DNA of 39,026 nt from Myxococcota bacterium. GTDB lineage: Bacteria > Myxococcota > UBA4151. The notes under the pieces are model-generated. The model ran no database searches. It was given only the letters and a program-made list of their open reading frames with translations, and was not told the origin of the DNA. A program made the position numbers and the translations under genes. Below are positions 7,903 to 18,489 of this stretch, in pieces. The stretch spans positions 1 to 39,026 of the forward strand of contig JBDQPD010000024.1 of the NCBI GenBank assembly GCA_040260805.1, read 5' to 3'. Within the stretch, counting starts at the first letter, position 1. Each line of letters begins with the position of its first letter.

Positions 7903-9862
7903 CAAGCGCCTCCTGAACCGTCGCTTTGCCTTGAGTTACCTCGAGCACCAAGAACCCAACACGCCTATTGCGGCGGCGGGCTCGGCGGCTTTTACGACGA
8001 TCGATCGGCCGCGACCAACCGTAACCCTTAGCCTCTAAGATCTCTGGTTTGATCCCGCGCTCGATCAGTCCTTCGCGCACCTCATCCGCTCGCTTTTGGC
8101 TGAGCCTCAAATTGGCTCGCCGGCGACCGCTTTGATCGGTGTGACCCTCAATTCGAAGCTTCATGATCTCAGGGTGGTCTTTGATCAGTTGAGCGATCAA
8201 ATCGATCGTCTTTTCTGAGCGTTTGGCGATCGCCCAATGATGTTTACGAAAATGGATACGCGCTTTGATTCGATGAGGCTTGAGCCGTTTGCGCTCAAGG
8301 ACAGCCTTTTCGGGACATCCATCTTCATCATCGACCCCATTTATCGTCTCCGGCTCGTTCGGGCAATCGTCGTCACCGTCGAGCAAGCCGTCCTTATCGT
8401 TATCGGGTTCAGGGCAACCGTCGGTATCTTCCCACTTGTCTAAATCCTCTTTGACTTTCGGACACTGATCGTCCGGGTCGAGGATACCATCAAAATCCGC
8501 ATCGGGCTCGGGGCAGCCGTCTTCATCATCGATGTCGTTAATATTTTCGGGAACCAGCGGGCATTTATCGTCGGCATCCAGGACCGTGTCCTTATCATTG
8601 TCAGGGTCCGGGCAGCCGTCTTCATCTTCAAAGGCGTCAAGGTCCTCAGGGTCTTTGGGACAGCGGTCATCGTCGTCTTCAACGCCATCTTGATCCTCAT
8701 CAGGGTCTGGACACCCATCCAAATCAAGATGACCGTCCTTGTCCTCGGGCTCGTCGATGCAGTCGTCAATGCGGTCTAAAATTCCATCGTTGTCGTTGTC
8801 GTCATCAGGGCAACCATCTGCGTCTTCGAAACCGTCCTTATCCTCGCCTTGCATCGGGCATTGGTCCTGTGAGTCGAGCACGCCGTCTTGGTCGTTGTCA
8901 GGGTCCGGGCAGCCGTCTTTGTCCTCAAAGCCATCTCGGTCTTCTGGGTCGGTTGGACAGCGGTCGGCGTCGCCGCGCAGGCCGTCGCCATCGAGGTCCG
9001 GTGGACGCTTGTAGGTGGTGACGAGGCCAGCCGCTGCAGCCCAGGCGGGCTGCCCCGGGCGACTGCTCAAGGGAACCCATCCCGTGACCGGGACGCGCAC
9101 AGCGCCAACGCGCAGCTCAAACCCCGCTTGAGCGCCGAACGCCACGGTGGGTGCGCCACCGACCTGCAAGCTCACCTCGGACTGCAGCGCCCAGTCCACG
9201 TCTTTGGGCGCAAAACGCAGCGCAGTCGTCAGCCGCATGTGGTCATCAAAAACTGCGGTGTATAAAGTCCGCTGAGGCTCTACTCGGTAGCCAAGCTGGG
9301 CGCTGACCTGCAGCGAATCCCCATGCCAGCTGACCAGCGCATCAAGGCCTCCAGCGAAGGCGCCGCGACCGCTAAAGGCTTGGTCATCGCCCGTCGGCAG
9401 ATCCAAACTGATCAGCGCCCCACCATAAAGTGGTGCGGGTAGCCAAGCAGACCCCAGTCGCAGCCATAAACCTGCGTCCATAGGACCCGAGGTGGGCAGC
9501 GAGCCAAAGCCGATCCCCGGATAATGCCCCTCTTGAGCCAGAAGATACGGTAGGGTTCCTCCCAACGCGACACGCCAAGGCAGCTCGACCGACCAACCCG
9601 CCATAACCTCGGTTCGAGCGGTGATTAGCTGCCGCTCTTGATCGTCCGAACGATCGGTCAAAAGACGCTGAGCATGCATCAGCCCCAGACCAAAGTTCCA
9701 GCGCCACACATCGGTCGGTTTCGCATCGAACGCGGTCAGGAAGGGCGAACTGTCTAAGCGTTGCGGGTTCGAATTAAGGATGATGTTGGCACGGCGAGCG
9801 TCTTCATGAGGCACTGCCAAGGCGGGCGCTGAGACCAGCAATGCGCTCAGAACTAGACGCAT
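7886..9862 (-). CDS. OmpA-family outer membrane protein: N-terminal putative beta-barrel, thrombospondin type 3 repeats, C-terminal OmpA domain (TraB-like architecture)
   Basis: Signal peptide, amphipathic beta-strand region, seven ~33-aa DxDxDG..D.CP / D.DGCP units, and OmpA motifs IEGHTD, NLRLSQKRA, GYG..RP and NRRV. Confidence 0.88.
   Translation of the reverse strand: MRLVLSALLVSAPALAVPHEDARRANIILNSNPQRLDSSPFLTAFDAKPTDVWRWNFGLGLMHAQRLLTDRSDDQERQLITARTEVMAGWSVELPWRVALGGTLPYLLAQEGHYPGIGFGSLPTSGPMDAGLWLRLGSAWLPAPLYGGALISLDLPTGDDQAFSGRGAFAGGLDALVSWHGDSLQVSAQLGYRVEPQRTLYTAVFDDHMRLTTALRFAPKDVDWALQSEVSLQVGGAPTVAFGAQAGFELRVGAVRVPVTGWVPLSSRPGQPAWAAAAGLVTTYKRPPDLDGDGLRGDADRCPTDPEDRDGFEDKDGCPDPDNDQDGVLDSQDQCPMQGEDKDGFEDADGCPDDDNDNDGILDRIDDCIDEPEDKDGHLDLDGCPDPDEDQDGVEDDDDRCPKDPEDLDAFEDEDGCPDPDNDKDTVLDADDKCPLVPENINDIDDEDGCPEPDADFDGILDPDDQCPKVKEDLDKWEDTDGCPEPDNDKDGLLDGDDDCPNEPETINGVDDEDGCPEKAVLERKRLKPHRIKARIHFRKHHWAIAKRSEKTIDLIAQLIKDHPEIMKLRIEGHTDQSGRRRANLRLSQKRADEVREGLIERGIKPEILEAKGYGWSRPIDRRKSRRARRRNRRVGFLVLEVTQGKATVQEALDAVQP
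8312..8998 (-). repeat. Seven tandem ~99-bp TSP3 (Ca-binding) coding repeats
   Basis: Translated units such as DNDQDGVLDSQDQCPMQGEDKDGFEDADGCP recur seven times over about 229 aa. Confidence 0.9.
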
Positions 9863-12618
9863 CGTCGACGACGCCTCATCAGCACCAAAACGAGCCCGAG
9901 CAACCAGCCGCTCAAGTCAACCGCTGCACAATGACAACCGCCGGTCAGCTCTCCCGCTAGATACCCCACAAAATCGTCGTTGGGATTGAGCGGGTTCGAG
10001 CGGTGCTCGTCGACCTCTAAGCCGTCGGGTGCGCCGCCCCCGTCGGAGTCGGGGTTCAGAGGGTCTGTTCCCGCTTCGTTGACCTCCCGCCCATCGGTTA
10101 AGGCATCACCATCCGAGTCAGCATTGAGTCGGTCGGTACCCGCTGCAAGCTCTGCCTCATTGAGCAAACCGTCACCATCAGGGTCAGCGCCGTAGTCATC
10201 ATTCCCGACCAAAGGGTTGGTCAGGTCATCGAGCTGCTCTTGAGCGTCGCTGCGCCCTCCGCCATCGGTATCAGCGCGTTGCGTTGAGGTCTCATCAGCG
10301 TCGAGACAACCGTCAGCGTTGCGATCTTCAAATGCGTCACTGAGTCCATCGCCATCCGTATCTGCTACCAGCGGGTCGCTGCCCTGAGCGCTGGCGCAGC
10401 CAGGACTTAAGCGCTCAAACCCATCCAAAACACCGTCGGCGTCACTGTCTGGATCGAGTGGGTTCGTCTCGGTTTCTTCTCGTAAGCCGTTGGCGTTGAG
10501 GTCCTCGGCGCCGTCGCTCAAGCCATCTCGGTCGGTGTCCGCAACGAGGGGGTTGGTCAGGGTCGAGACGTCAAGGTCATAGCCCTCGAGTCCCATCTCA
10601 ACGCCGTCTGCAACGCCATCGCTGTCGCTGTCAGCAACTAAGGGGTTCGTCCCCAAGGCTAACTCGCGTCCATCGCTCAAGCCGTCAGCGTCGCTATCGC
10701 TATTCAGAGGGTCCGTCTCACCGGGGCTAACCTGTCCATCCCCGTCGGTGTCCTCATCACCATCGGGTAGGCCATCAGCGTCGCTGTCCGCGCGCAGCGG
10801 GTGGGTCTCACTAGGGTCTACAATCCCATTAGCGTTTCGATCCTCTTGACCATCGCTCAGACCGTCACCGTCGGTGTCGGCAAGCGTTGGGTTTGAACCT
10901 CCATCGCATCCACCAGGGCCACCATAGCGCCCTTCGCCGCCTACGGACTCGGGCATCTCAAGTCGATCGCTCAAGCCATCATGGTCCGAATCGATCGAAC
11001 ATAAACTCGTCGGCGCAGCGATACCTGCACAACGAAAGACAGCTTCCACTCGATTGGAAAGCCCATCGTTGTCGGCGTCGGCCTCAGCATCCTCTGAGAT
11101 CAGCGGACTAAGTGGCGTCTCGACACAGTTAAGATCTCTGGCTGAGGCAAGCTCCGCTGCGTCGCTAATTTGATCCCTATCGCTGTCAGCAGATGCTGCA
11201 TCGGTTTCTCCTAAATCAGGGTCCCAACGACCGTTATGATTGGTATCTTCAGCTCCGTCAGCGAGCCCGTCACCGTCACTTTCTGCCTCAAAGGGATCGG
11301 TCGTTTTAAGACCTTGGTCTGCGTCAGCGACGAAAACCGACAAGTCAGTGTCTTGATGATGACTCGGCAACGTTGAGCGCTGTGGCTCGACCAAACCAAG
11401 TTCCGTCCCATCGAGAATGCCATCTTCGTCAAGATCAGCGATCACAGGGTTCATTTCCTGGCGGATCTCGTACCCGTCGAGCAACCCGTCATCATCAGTG
11501 TCTGCATCGAGCACGTTAGAGATGCTGAAATCGTTGAGACGCAGAACTTCTTGGCTGTCGCTCAAGCCGTCACCATCGGTGTCGGTAAGGAAGGGGTCCG
11601 AGCGAGTGATCTCAAGCTCATAACGATCCGTGAGACGGTCCGCATCCGAGTCCTCTAGATGATCTAAAGGGTCATTTGGCGCCGTTTGGTCTGCGAACTC
11701 GACCACATCCCAGATTCCGTCGCCGTCGGTGTCCGAAGAGCATGGCGAAGTCAAAGAGCCATCAGCCACCTCAACGGCATCCCCCAAAGCGTCCCAGTCG
11801 GAGTCTGAAACTCGTGGTCGAATGCACCAAAAGCCGGGCCTCAGACGGAGCTGCACTTCATAGCCGTCAGTTAGACCATCACCGTCGGTATCTGGGTTAA
11901 ACGGATCGGTCTCTAAACGCCGTTCACTCCCATCACTCAGGCCGTCGTCATCACAATCAGGATCCGAGGGGTCGGTCTCACCGGCGTTGACATCAAATCG
12001 CCCATCTCCATTCAGATCCTCTTCACCATCTCGCAAACCATCACCGTCAGAGTCCGGGTTCCAAGGGTCGGTGCCGAGTGAGCCCTCATTGTAATCGCTC
12101 ACCCCATCCTCATCGGTGTCGAGCAGGTCATCTTCAGGCTGGGTCGGATCCGTTTGATCCACGAACACCTCAACCCCATCTAAGACGCCGCCTAGATCGG
12201 AATCCGGATTGAGTGGATCCGTTCCTCGCTCGAGCTCGGCGCCGTCGTTGAGCTCGTCTTGATCGCTATCGGCTTCTACCGGACTGGTCCCGGCAACCGC
12301 CTCAGCATCGTCACGTAAACCGTCGTTGTCGGTGTCGGCTTGCGCAGGATCAGTCGCGGGGTTGCTCTGAACCTCCGCTCCATCGGTCAGCGTATCGCCA
12401 TCCGAATCTGGGTTGGTCGGGTCGGTCCCTGCGGCAAACTCTTCCGCATTGCTTAAACCATCGCCATCCGCGTCACCGGTCCCTAGTTGGGCATTGAGTC
12501 CGCCAAAGAAACGAAGCTCCCAAATGTCGTCAAGACCGTCAGCGTCACGATCAAGCGCTAAAGCCGGCACGCCAAGAAGCAACAAAGCACAGCCGACTAC
12601 GCGTGCATTTTGTCTCAT
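9853..12618 (-). CDS. Large acidic Ca-binding repeat surface protein (bacterial TSP3-type) with MYXO-CTERM-like C-terminal anchor
   Basis: AAGGAG RBS before ATG 12618 and a signal peptide. More than 30 DxDxDG(L)xDxxE..TxPxxx units. C-terminus is GGCHCAA, a hydrophobic helix, then RRRRR. Confidence 0.85.
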   Translation of the reverse strand: MRQNARVVGCALLLLGVPALALDRDADGLDDIWELRFFGGLNAQLGTGDADGDGLSNAEEFAAGTDPTNPDSDGDTLTDGAEVQSNPATDPAQADTDNDGLRDDAEAVAGTSPVEADSDQDELNDGAELERGTDPLNPDSDLGGVLDGVEVFVDQTDPTQPEDDLLDTDEDGVSDYNEGSLGTDPWNPDSDGDGLRDGEEDLNGDGRFDVNAGETDPSDPDCDDDGLSDGSERRLETDPFNPDTDGDGLTDGYEVQLRLRPGFWCIRPRVSDSDWDALGDAVEVADGSLTSPCSSDTDGDGIWDVVEFADQTAPNDPLDHLEDSDADRLTDRYELEITRSDPFLTDTDGDGLSDSQEVLRLNDFSISNVLDADTDDDGLLDGYEIRQEMNPVIADLDEDGILDGTELGLVEPQRSTLPSHHQDTDLSVFVADADQGLKTTDPFEAESDGDGLADGAEDTNHNGRWDPDLGETDAASADSDRDQISDAAELASARDLNCVETPLSPLISEDAEADADNDGLSNRVEAVFRCAGIAAPTSLCSIDSDHDGLSDRLEMPESVGGEGRYGGPGGCDGGSNPTLADTDGDGLSDGQEDRNANGIVDPSETHPLRADSDADGLPDGDEDTDGDGQVSPGETDPLNSDSDADGLSDGRELALGTNPLVADSDSDGVADGVEMGLEGYDLDVSTLTNPLVADTDRDGLSDGAEDLNANGLREETETNPLDPDSDADGVLDGFERLSPGCASAQGSDPLVADTDGDGLSDAFEDRNADGCLDADETSTQRADTDGGGRSDAQEQLDDLTNPLVGNDDYGADPDGDGLLNEAELAAGTDRLNADSDGDALTDGREVNEAGTDPLNPDSDGGGAPDGLEVDEHRSNPLNPNDDFVGYLAGELTGGCHCAAVDLSGWLLGLVLVLMRRRRRCV

Positions 12619-12742
12619 GAGAACCACTCCTTGGAGCGCCAACTTTGCGCTGCTCGGCGGCCGCTGACAACACCCGTTTGAACGACCCCTGCTTTACAAG
12701 CAGGAGATCTTAAACCAAACCCTGCCTACTAAGGAGTACCCT

Positions 12743-13771
12743 ATGCGCTGGCTTTCGATCGTGTGCATTCTGGTTGCTACTGGCTGTACGAGCAAAGACC
12801 AAAGCACTCCAAGTGCTGCTCAAGCCGAACCTCAAGCCGCTCCACAGGCTAAACCCGTCCTTACCGTCTACTCAGGGCGCAGCGCGCTTTTAGTCGAACC
12901 CTTGCTTAATAAGTTCGCTGAAAAACGCGGCGTTGAGCTGAAGCTTCGTTTTGACAAAAGCACGGAAAAACTCGCCAATCGCCTAGCTATGGAAGGCGAT
13001 AAAAGTCCTGCGGATGTGTTCTTCGCCCAAGCCGTCGGTTACCTGTCGCTGCTGGGCGAAAAAGGCTTGATGCACGCGCTGCCCAAGAGACTCACTGAAA
13101 AGGTGCCTAATGCGTACCGAAGTGCGTCTGATTATTGGGTAGGCACCTCAGGTAGGCTGAGGGTCATGGTCTACAGCCCTGAGCGAGTTAAGAACCCTCC
13201 AAAAACCTTAGCTGAGCTGGCTGACCCTCGGTTTAAAGGACGCGTCGGATGGGCGCCTGGAAACGCCAGCTTGCATGCTCATGTTGCAGCGCTTCAAAAG
13301 CACTGGGGTGCCGACAAGACAAGCGCTTGGCTCAAGGCGATGCAAGACAACCAACCGGTCGTGTACCCAAAGAACTCCCCGCAGGTGCGCGCAGTGTCTT
13401 CGGGTGAGATCGACATCGGCTGGGTCAATCATTACTACCTGCACAAAATTCGCGCTCAAGACACCTCGCTCAAAGCGGCGAACGCAAGCTTCAGCGCAGG
13501 CGACGCAGGGAACCTGGTGATGCTGGCAGGCATCGGCATTCCAAAAGGGGCGAAGAATCGACAGATTGCAGAAGAGCTCATCGATTTTATTTTGAGCGAT
13601 GAGGGGCAAAATTACTTCGCCCAAAAAGCCTACGAATACCCAGCTAAATCAGGAATTAAGCTGCACCCTGAGGTGGCTCCACTGGGCAATAACTTGCTCC
13701 AGTTACCGCAGGCAGCTCAGACCGATATGGCGGGAAGCCTTGCTCTCTTGCGAGCGCTTCGCATTCAGTAG
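12743..13771 (+). CDS. Fe3+ ABC transporter substrate-binding lipoprotein (FbpA/FutA/AfuA family)
   Basis: Lipobox LVATGC; YSGR, EGDKSPADVF, WVGTSGRLR, NHYY (iron-ligand Tyr pair) and YEYP motifs. AAGGAG RBS. Confidence 0.9.
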   Translation: MRWLSIVCILVATGCTSKDQSTPSAAQAEPQAAPQAKPVLTVYSGRSALLVEPLLNKFAEKRGVELKLRFDKSTEKLANRLAMEGDKSPADVFFAQAVGYLSLLGEKGLMHALPKRLTEKVPNAYRSASDYWVGTSGRLRVMVYSPERVKNPPKTLAELADPRFKGRVGWAPGNASLHAHVAALQKHWGADKTSAWLKAMQDNQPVVYPKNSPQVRAVSSGEIDIGWVNHYYLHKIRAQDTSLKAANASFSAGDAGNLVMLAGIGIPKGAKNRQIAEELIDFILSDEGQNYFAQKAYEYPAKSGIKLHPEVAPLGNNLLQLPQAAQTDMAGSLALLRALRIQ

Positions 13772-13774
13772 GGC

Positions 13775-15340
13775 ATGAAGACGCCTTCCCCAGCGCTACC
13801 GCTCAGCCTCGCTGCCAAACTCGGGCTGCTTGGAACCGCTGCTTTGGTCGGGCTTCCCATCCTCGGGCTTGGGCTAGCCTGGGCTTATCCGGTCGGTCTG
13901 ATCGATGCGCCTCCGATTCATACCGATCGCCTAGTTGAGGCGACGTCCAATACGGTGCTTTTGGCGCTGTTGGTGACGGTTTTTGCGGTGGTCTTGGGCT
14001 CATTCTTTGCCTGGATTCAAGTCCGCTGGATCTTTCCGGGCTCGTCGCTGCTGACTCGGCTTACAGTGCTTCCCTTGGTGCTCCCCAGCTTCTTGCTCGC
14101 AGCGACGCTTCGCGAAGGGCTCGCGCCGCTCGGCTCGCTCGGCGAATTGCTCGGTCGACAGGAACGCTTTGACGGTTTTGGGGCGACGGTCTTTGTGCTG
14201 GTGCTTAGCTGTACGCCCTATGTGCAACTGGTGGTGAGCGCAGCGCTTAAACGCTTACCTCGTCACACCGAAGAGGCTGCTCAGAGCTTAGGCGCTAGCC
14301 CCATTCGAATCGTTCGAGAGATCGTCTTACCTGCGTTACGACCTGCGCTCGGCTTTGCGGCGCTTTTGGTCCTGGTGTACGCCGCCGCTGATTTTGGCGC
14401 CGTGGCGGTCATGGACACTCAGGTGCTTACCTATGAGCTCTATCAATTTGCGGGCAGAGGCGGAGTCCAGGCGCCTCTGATCGGCGGGCTGCTGATTGTA
14501 GCGATCAGCCCTTTGGTGATCTTAGGTAGGCGGCTCGGTGGCGATTATGGATCATCCGAACTCAGCTACGTCCGAAGCGGTCACATGGCGGGACGAAGAC
14601 CCGCCTTATGGGTCAAAATTATAGGCACAGCGCTGCTGGGCATCTATCTGATCTTTGGTTTGGTCCTACCTTTAATGCTGATCACTCGCTGGGGCTTACT
14701 GATACCCGCTCAAGGACCGCTCATCGGACCTCTGGTCACGACCGCAGTAGTCGGAGTTACCGCCGGCCTTGCGACCTTAGTGCTGGGCGGTTTCCCAGCC
14801 GCACTGGTCGCCAAAAGCAAAGGCAAACGAGGCGCCTTGGAGACGCTCACCTTTGTAGCGAGCGGCGTCCCGGGCGTCATGATCGGCTTTGGCTTGCTGC
14901 AGCTCGCCCTGCGCGTCCCCCAAGGGAGTCTAAGAAGCTTCGTTGAAGGGGGCGCCATTCTTCTCCTAGGGCTCGCCCTGCGCTTCGCCAGTCACAGCTA
15001 CGCTGCGCTCAAGCCTGCGCTGCTGACACAAAACCAACAGAGCGTAGAGGCAGCCCGTCTACTCGGCGCCAGCCGATGGCGAGTCTGGCACCGAGTCCGA
15101 GGCCCTCATTTAGCGCCAGCGTTGGCTTCGGGCTTCCTGCTCAGCTTTGTCGCTGTGGTTAAGGAACTCCCGATCACGCTGATGCTCATTCCAGCGGGTC
15201 ACACCACACTAGCCACCCGAATATTCGACGCCCACGAAGACGCTCACCTCGGCGATCTCGGCGTCGCAGCGCTCAGTCTCTTAGGAATGGTCCTTGTCGC
15301 GCAGGCGCTTCTGTGGCGATGGAGTCGTCATGAGCGCTAA
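13775..15340 (+). CDS. Fe3+ ABC transporter permease (FbpB family, two fused halves)
   Basis: About 12 hydrophobic segments, two EAA loops (EEAAQSLGAS, EAARLLGAS), and ADFG and KELPITL motifs. Confidence 0.9.
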   Translation: MKTPSPALPLSLAAKLGLLGTAALVGLPILGLGLAWAYPVGLIDAPPIHTDRLVEATSNTVLLALLVTVFAVVLGSFFAWIQVRWIFPGSSLLTRLTVLPLVLPSFLLAATLREGLAPLGSLGELLGRQERFDGFGATVFVLVLSCTPYVQLVVSAALKRLPRHTEEAAQSLGASPIRIVREIVLPALRPALGFAALLVLVYAAADFGAVAVMDTQVLTYELYQFAGRGGVQAPLIGGLLIVAISPLVILGRRLGGDYGSSELSYVRSGHMAGRRPALWVKIIGTALLGIYLIFGLVLPLMLITRWGLLIPAQGPLIGPLVTTAVVGVTAGLATLVLGGFPAALVAKSKGKRGALETLTFVASGVPGVMIGFGLLQLALRVPQGSLRSFVEGGAILLLGLALRFASHSYAALKPALLTQNQQSVEAARLLGASRWRVWHRVRGPHLAPALASGFLLSFVAVVKELPITLMLIPAGHTTLATRIFDAHEDAHLGDLGVAALSLLGMVLVAQALLWRWSRHER

Positions 15341-16331
15341 CGTTTTAAGCCTTGATGCTGTGCAGCTAGCTTACGGTGACACCGTCGTCACCGAGGGTAT
15401 CGATTTGACGATTCAAGCCGGTGAATGGGTCTCGATCTTAGGTCCATCTGGCTGCGGGAAGAGCTCGATCCTGCGCTCTGTTGCAGGGTTTATGGAACCG
15501 AGCGGTGGGTCGATCGAACTCTTTGGAGCGCCGGCGACGGCGCCGCCTGAGCGGCGAGGCGTGGGCATGGTGTTTCAAGACTTTGCTCTGTTTAATCACC
15601 TCTCGGTTCGTGACAACATCGGCTTTGGGCTCAGAGGCGCTGCAGACGCTGAGGTGCGCGTCAACGAGCTGCTCAAACGCTGCGAACTTACCGATTTAGC
15701 CGATCGCTTGCCCGCTCATCTCAGCGGAGGCCAACAACAACGTGTCGGTCTCGCTCGAGCCTTGGCTCCGCGCCCTAAGCTGCTCTTGCTCGATGAGCCT
15801 TTCGCCAACCTCGACGCTGACCTACGAGGCGAGCTTGGCTCGTGGTGCGCCCAGCAGATCCAGTCAGAAGGAGCTGCCGCCTTGTTGGTCACGCACGACC
15901 GACGCGAGGCGATGGCGCTGAGCGACCGCATTGCGATCGTCGATGGCAGCCCAGGCAGACTGCTTCAAGTCGATCAAACTCAGGCGCTCTATCAACAACC
16001 CAACCATCAAGCGGTTGCCCGCATGACCGGAGAAGCGCTCTTGGTCCCGGCTCGCGCCGCAGATCAGCGCGCTCGGTCGGCGTTTGGTGATCATGATGTG
16101 CTCGCTAAGGTCGACGGTTCAGTCACCTTGGTGATCCGCCCAGAACACATGGACTTAGTCCCTGATGAAAACGGTCCGCTGGTGGTTGATCACAGCTACT
16201 TTGACGCGCAGCAATGGATGCATCGTCTGCGTTATAATGGGCAAACCGTTACCGTCGCTCAAAACCTGCGACTCAACGCCAATCGACTAAGCCTGAGTAC
16301 GCAGGCGCCGATTTGGGCGATTGCTCGCTAG
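15330..16331 (+). CDS. Fe3+ ABC transporter ATP-binding protein (FbpC family)
   Basis: Walker A GPSGCGKS, signature LSGGQQQRV, Walker B LLLLDEP and H-loop VTHD. ATG 15330 overlaps the permease end. Confidence 0.92.
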   Translation: MSANVLSLDAVQLAYGDTVVTEGIDLTIQAGEWVSILGPSGCGKSSILRSVAGFMEPSGGSIELFGAPATAPPERRGVGMVFQDFALFNHLSVRDNIGFGLRGAADAEVRVNELLKRCELTDLADRLPAHLSGGQQQRVGLARALAPRPKLLLLDEPFANLDADLRGELGSWCAQQIQSEGAAALLVTHDRREAMALSDRIAIVDGSPGRLLQVDQTQALYQQPNHQAVARMTGEALLVPARAADQRARSAFGDHDVLAKVDGSVTLVIRPEHMDLVPDENGPLVVDHSYFDAQQWMHRLRYNGQTVTVAQNLRLNANRLSLSTQAPIWAIAR

Positions 16332-16372
16332 CGTAAGATATCTCTATAGGGCGCCTCTCGGATGCGCCGCTC

Positions 16373-18307
16373 CTAATCCGACCTCAAGCCTTGTTGATGA
16401 CCGCCAACAATTGCCGCGACAACCGACGGGTCGGCTAGCGTCGAGACGTCACCTAAATCCTCGTAGTTACCCTGTGCGACCGCACGCAAAATACGACGCA
16501 TGATCTTTCCAGATCGAGTTTTGGGAAGCCCGGGGACTAGCTGGAGCGCATCCGGTGTCGCAATCGGACCAATCGCCTTTCGAACAGCCGCTTTGAGTGC
16601 ATTGACAATCGAATCATCAACGCCATCAACGCACTGAACATAGGCGTAAATACCCGTGCCTTTAATCGCATGAGGAAAGCCAACAACAGCAGCTTCGGCG
16701 ACCGCGTCATGAGCGACCAAGGCGCTCTCAACTTCAGCCGTTCCCAAGCGATGCCCCGAGACGTTGATCACGTCATCAACTCGACCCGTAATCCAATAAT
16801 AACCATCCTCATCACGACGACAGCCGTCGCCGGTGAAATAGCGCCCTGGAAAGCGGCTAAAGTAGACCGAGCGAAAGCGTTCGTGGTCACCGTAGATCGT
16901 TCGAGCTTGACCCGGCCATGAACGCCTCAGGCACAGATTACCGCTCTGGTCATTGCCGACAAGTTCGTTCCCCGCATCGTCCACCAACATGGGTTCGATA
17001 CCAAACAGTGGCAGCGTGGCGCTGCCTGGCTTGGTCGGCGTCGCTCCGGGCAAAGGGCTGATCAGGATTCCGCCTGTTTCGGTCTGCCACCAGGTATCAA
17101 CAACGGCGCATTGTCCCGAGCCGACGACGTCATGGTACCATTCCCAAACTTCGGGGTTAATTGGCTCGCCAACCGTTCCAAGCACCCGAAGCGAACTTCG
17201 GTCATGAGCCAAGACGGGCTCATCACCTTCTCGAGCGATCGCCCGAATCGCAGTCGGTGCGGTGTAGAAACTGTTGACGCCCAGATCCTCTACAACGCGC
17301 CAATAGCGACTGGCATCTGGGTAGAGAGGCGTGGACTCAAACATGACGGTCGTTGCGCCGTTCGAGAGTGGACCGTAAACGATATAGCTGTGTCCGGTGA
17401 CCCAACCGATATCGGCGGCGCAAAAGTACACGTCGTCCGGTTTGAGATCAAAGACCAGCTCATGGGTGAACCCCGCGTAGAGCATATACCCTGCGGTGGT
17501 ATGCAAGACCCCCTTAGGCCGCCCAGTCGAGCCCGAGGTGTAGAGGATAAACAAGGGGTCCTCGGCGTTCATGACCTCTGGCGCGCACTCCAGCGAGGCC
17601 GCTTCGATCAAGGGAGCGAGCCAATGATCACGCCCATCGGTCATGGCGACTGGCGCGCCGGTTCGCTTGACCACTAAGACCGAGCGCACACAGTCGCATT
17701 CGGCGACCGCTTCGTCCGTGGTGTCTTTGAGCGGCACCACGCGCCCTCCACGCAATCCCTGATCCGCGGTGATCACCAGCTCACACTGGGCATCGAGAAT
17801 TCGGTCGCGCAGCGCCGCCGCCGAAAACCCGGCAAAGACGATCGAATGAATGGCGCCCAAACGAGCGCAAGCGAGCATGGCGACGGCCAGCTCAGGTACC
17901 ATCGGTAAGTACAGACAGACCCGGTCACCCCGCCCAACACCGTGAGCGCGCAAAACATTCGCCATACGCCCGACACGCTCATGCAGCTGCGCGTAGGTAA
18001 TATGCTCGTACTCACCGACTTCATCCTTAGCCCAAATGATGGCCGTTTTGTCAGGATCCGCTTTGAGGTGTCGGTCAACGCACTGAACGGAGGCGTTGAG
18101 TTGCCCGTCAGCGAACCAGGTAAAGTCAAGCTCCTCATAACCACCGGCGAGACCTTCGGTGGGCTCTTTCGACCAATCCAATCGCTGCTTCGCCAGGGCT
18201 AACCAAAACGCTTGAGGGTCTGTTTTCGACTGGCTGTAAAGATCTTGATAAGCCTCTAGATTACAGATCTTAGCGTCTGCTGAAATTCGCGGTTTGACGT
18301 CGTACAC
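16373..18307 (-). CDS. acs: Acetyl-CoA synthetase (acetate-CoA ligase)
   Basis: [45 protein letters not shown] and [11 protein letters not shown] motifs. GGAGG RBS before the GTG start. Confidence 0.97.
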   Translation of the reverse strand: MYDVKPRISADAKICNLEAYQDLYSQSKTDPQAFWLALAKQRLDWSKEPTEGLAGGYEELDFTWFADGQLNASVQCVDRHLKADPDKTAIIWAKDEVGEYEHITYAQLHERVGRMANVLRAHGVGRGDRVCLYLPMVPELAVAMLACARLGAIHSIVFAGFSAAALRDRILDAQCELVITADQGLRGGRVVPLKDTTDEAVAECDCVRSVLVVKRTGAPVAMTDGRDHWLAPLIEAASLECAPEVMNAEDPLFILYTSGSTGRPKGVLHTTAGYMLYAGFTHELVFDLKPDDVYFCAADIGWVTGHSYIVYGPLSNGATTVMFESTPLYPDASRYWRVVEDLGVNSFYTAPTAIRAIAREGDEPVLAHDRSSLRVLGTVGEPINPEVWEWYHDVVGSGQCAVVDTWWQTETGGILISPLPGATPTKPGSATLPLFGIEPMLVDDAGNELVGNDQSGNLCLRRSWPGQARTIYGDHERFRSVYFSRFPGRYFTGDGCRRDEDGYYWITGRVDDVINVSGHRLGTAEVESALVAHDAVAEAAVVGFPHAIKGTGIYAYVQCVDGVDDSIVNALKAAVRKAIGPIATPDALQLVPGLPKTRSGKIMRRILRAVAQGNYEDLGDVSTLADPSVVAAIVGGHQQGLRSD

Positions 18308-18489
18308 GATCGCGCCTCCTTGGTTCTCGACGAGACCAGGCCGGCTCTATGCACGTCAAGTCGTTCGCAGCGAGTATTCGGGCGTCGAAATGCTTGGGTT
18401 TGGTCCCAACGGACTGAGACCATCAAACGACTGCGCTCGTTATTTTGACAAGCGCTAACTTACGACGGCCTAATTGGCGTGGAGGACTC

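Noticed and set aside
7886..12618. Repetitive DNA resembling a CRISPR or tandem array
   Set aside because: The repeats are degenerate, in frame and conserved at protein level (TSP3-type); there are no identical repeats with spacers and no cas genes.
18445..18480. TTGACA as a sigma70 -35 element
   Set aside because: No acceptable -10 hexamer at 16-18 bp spacing.
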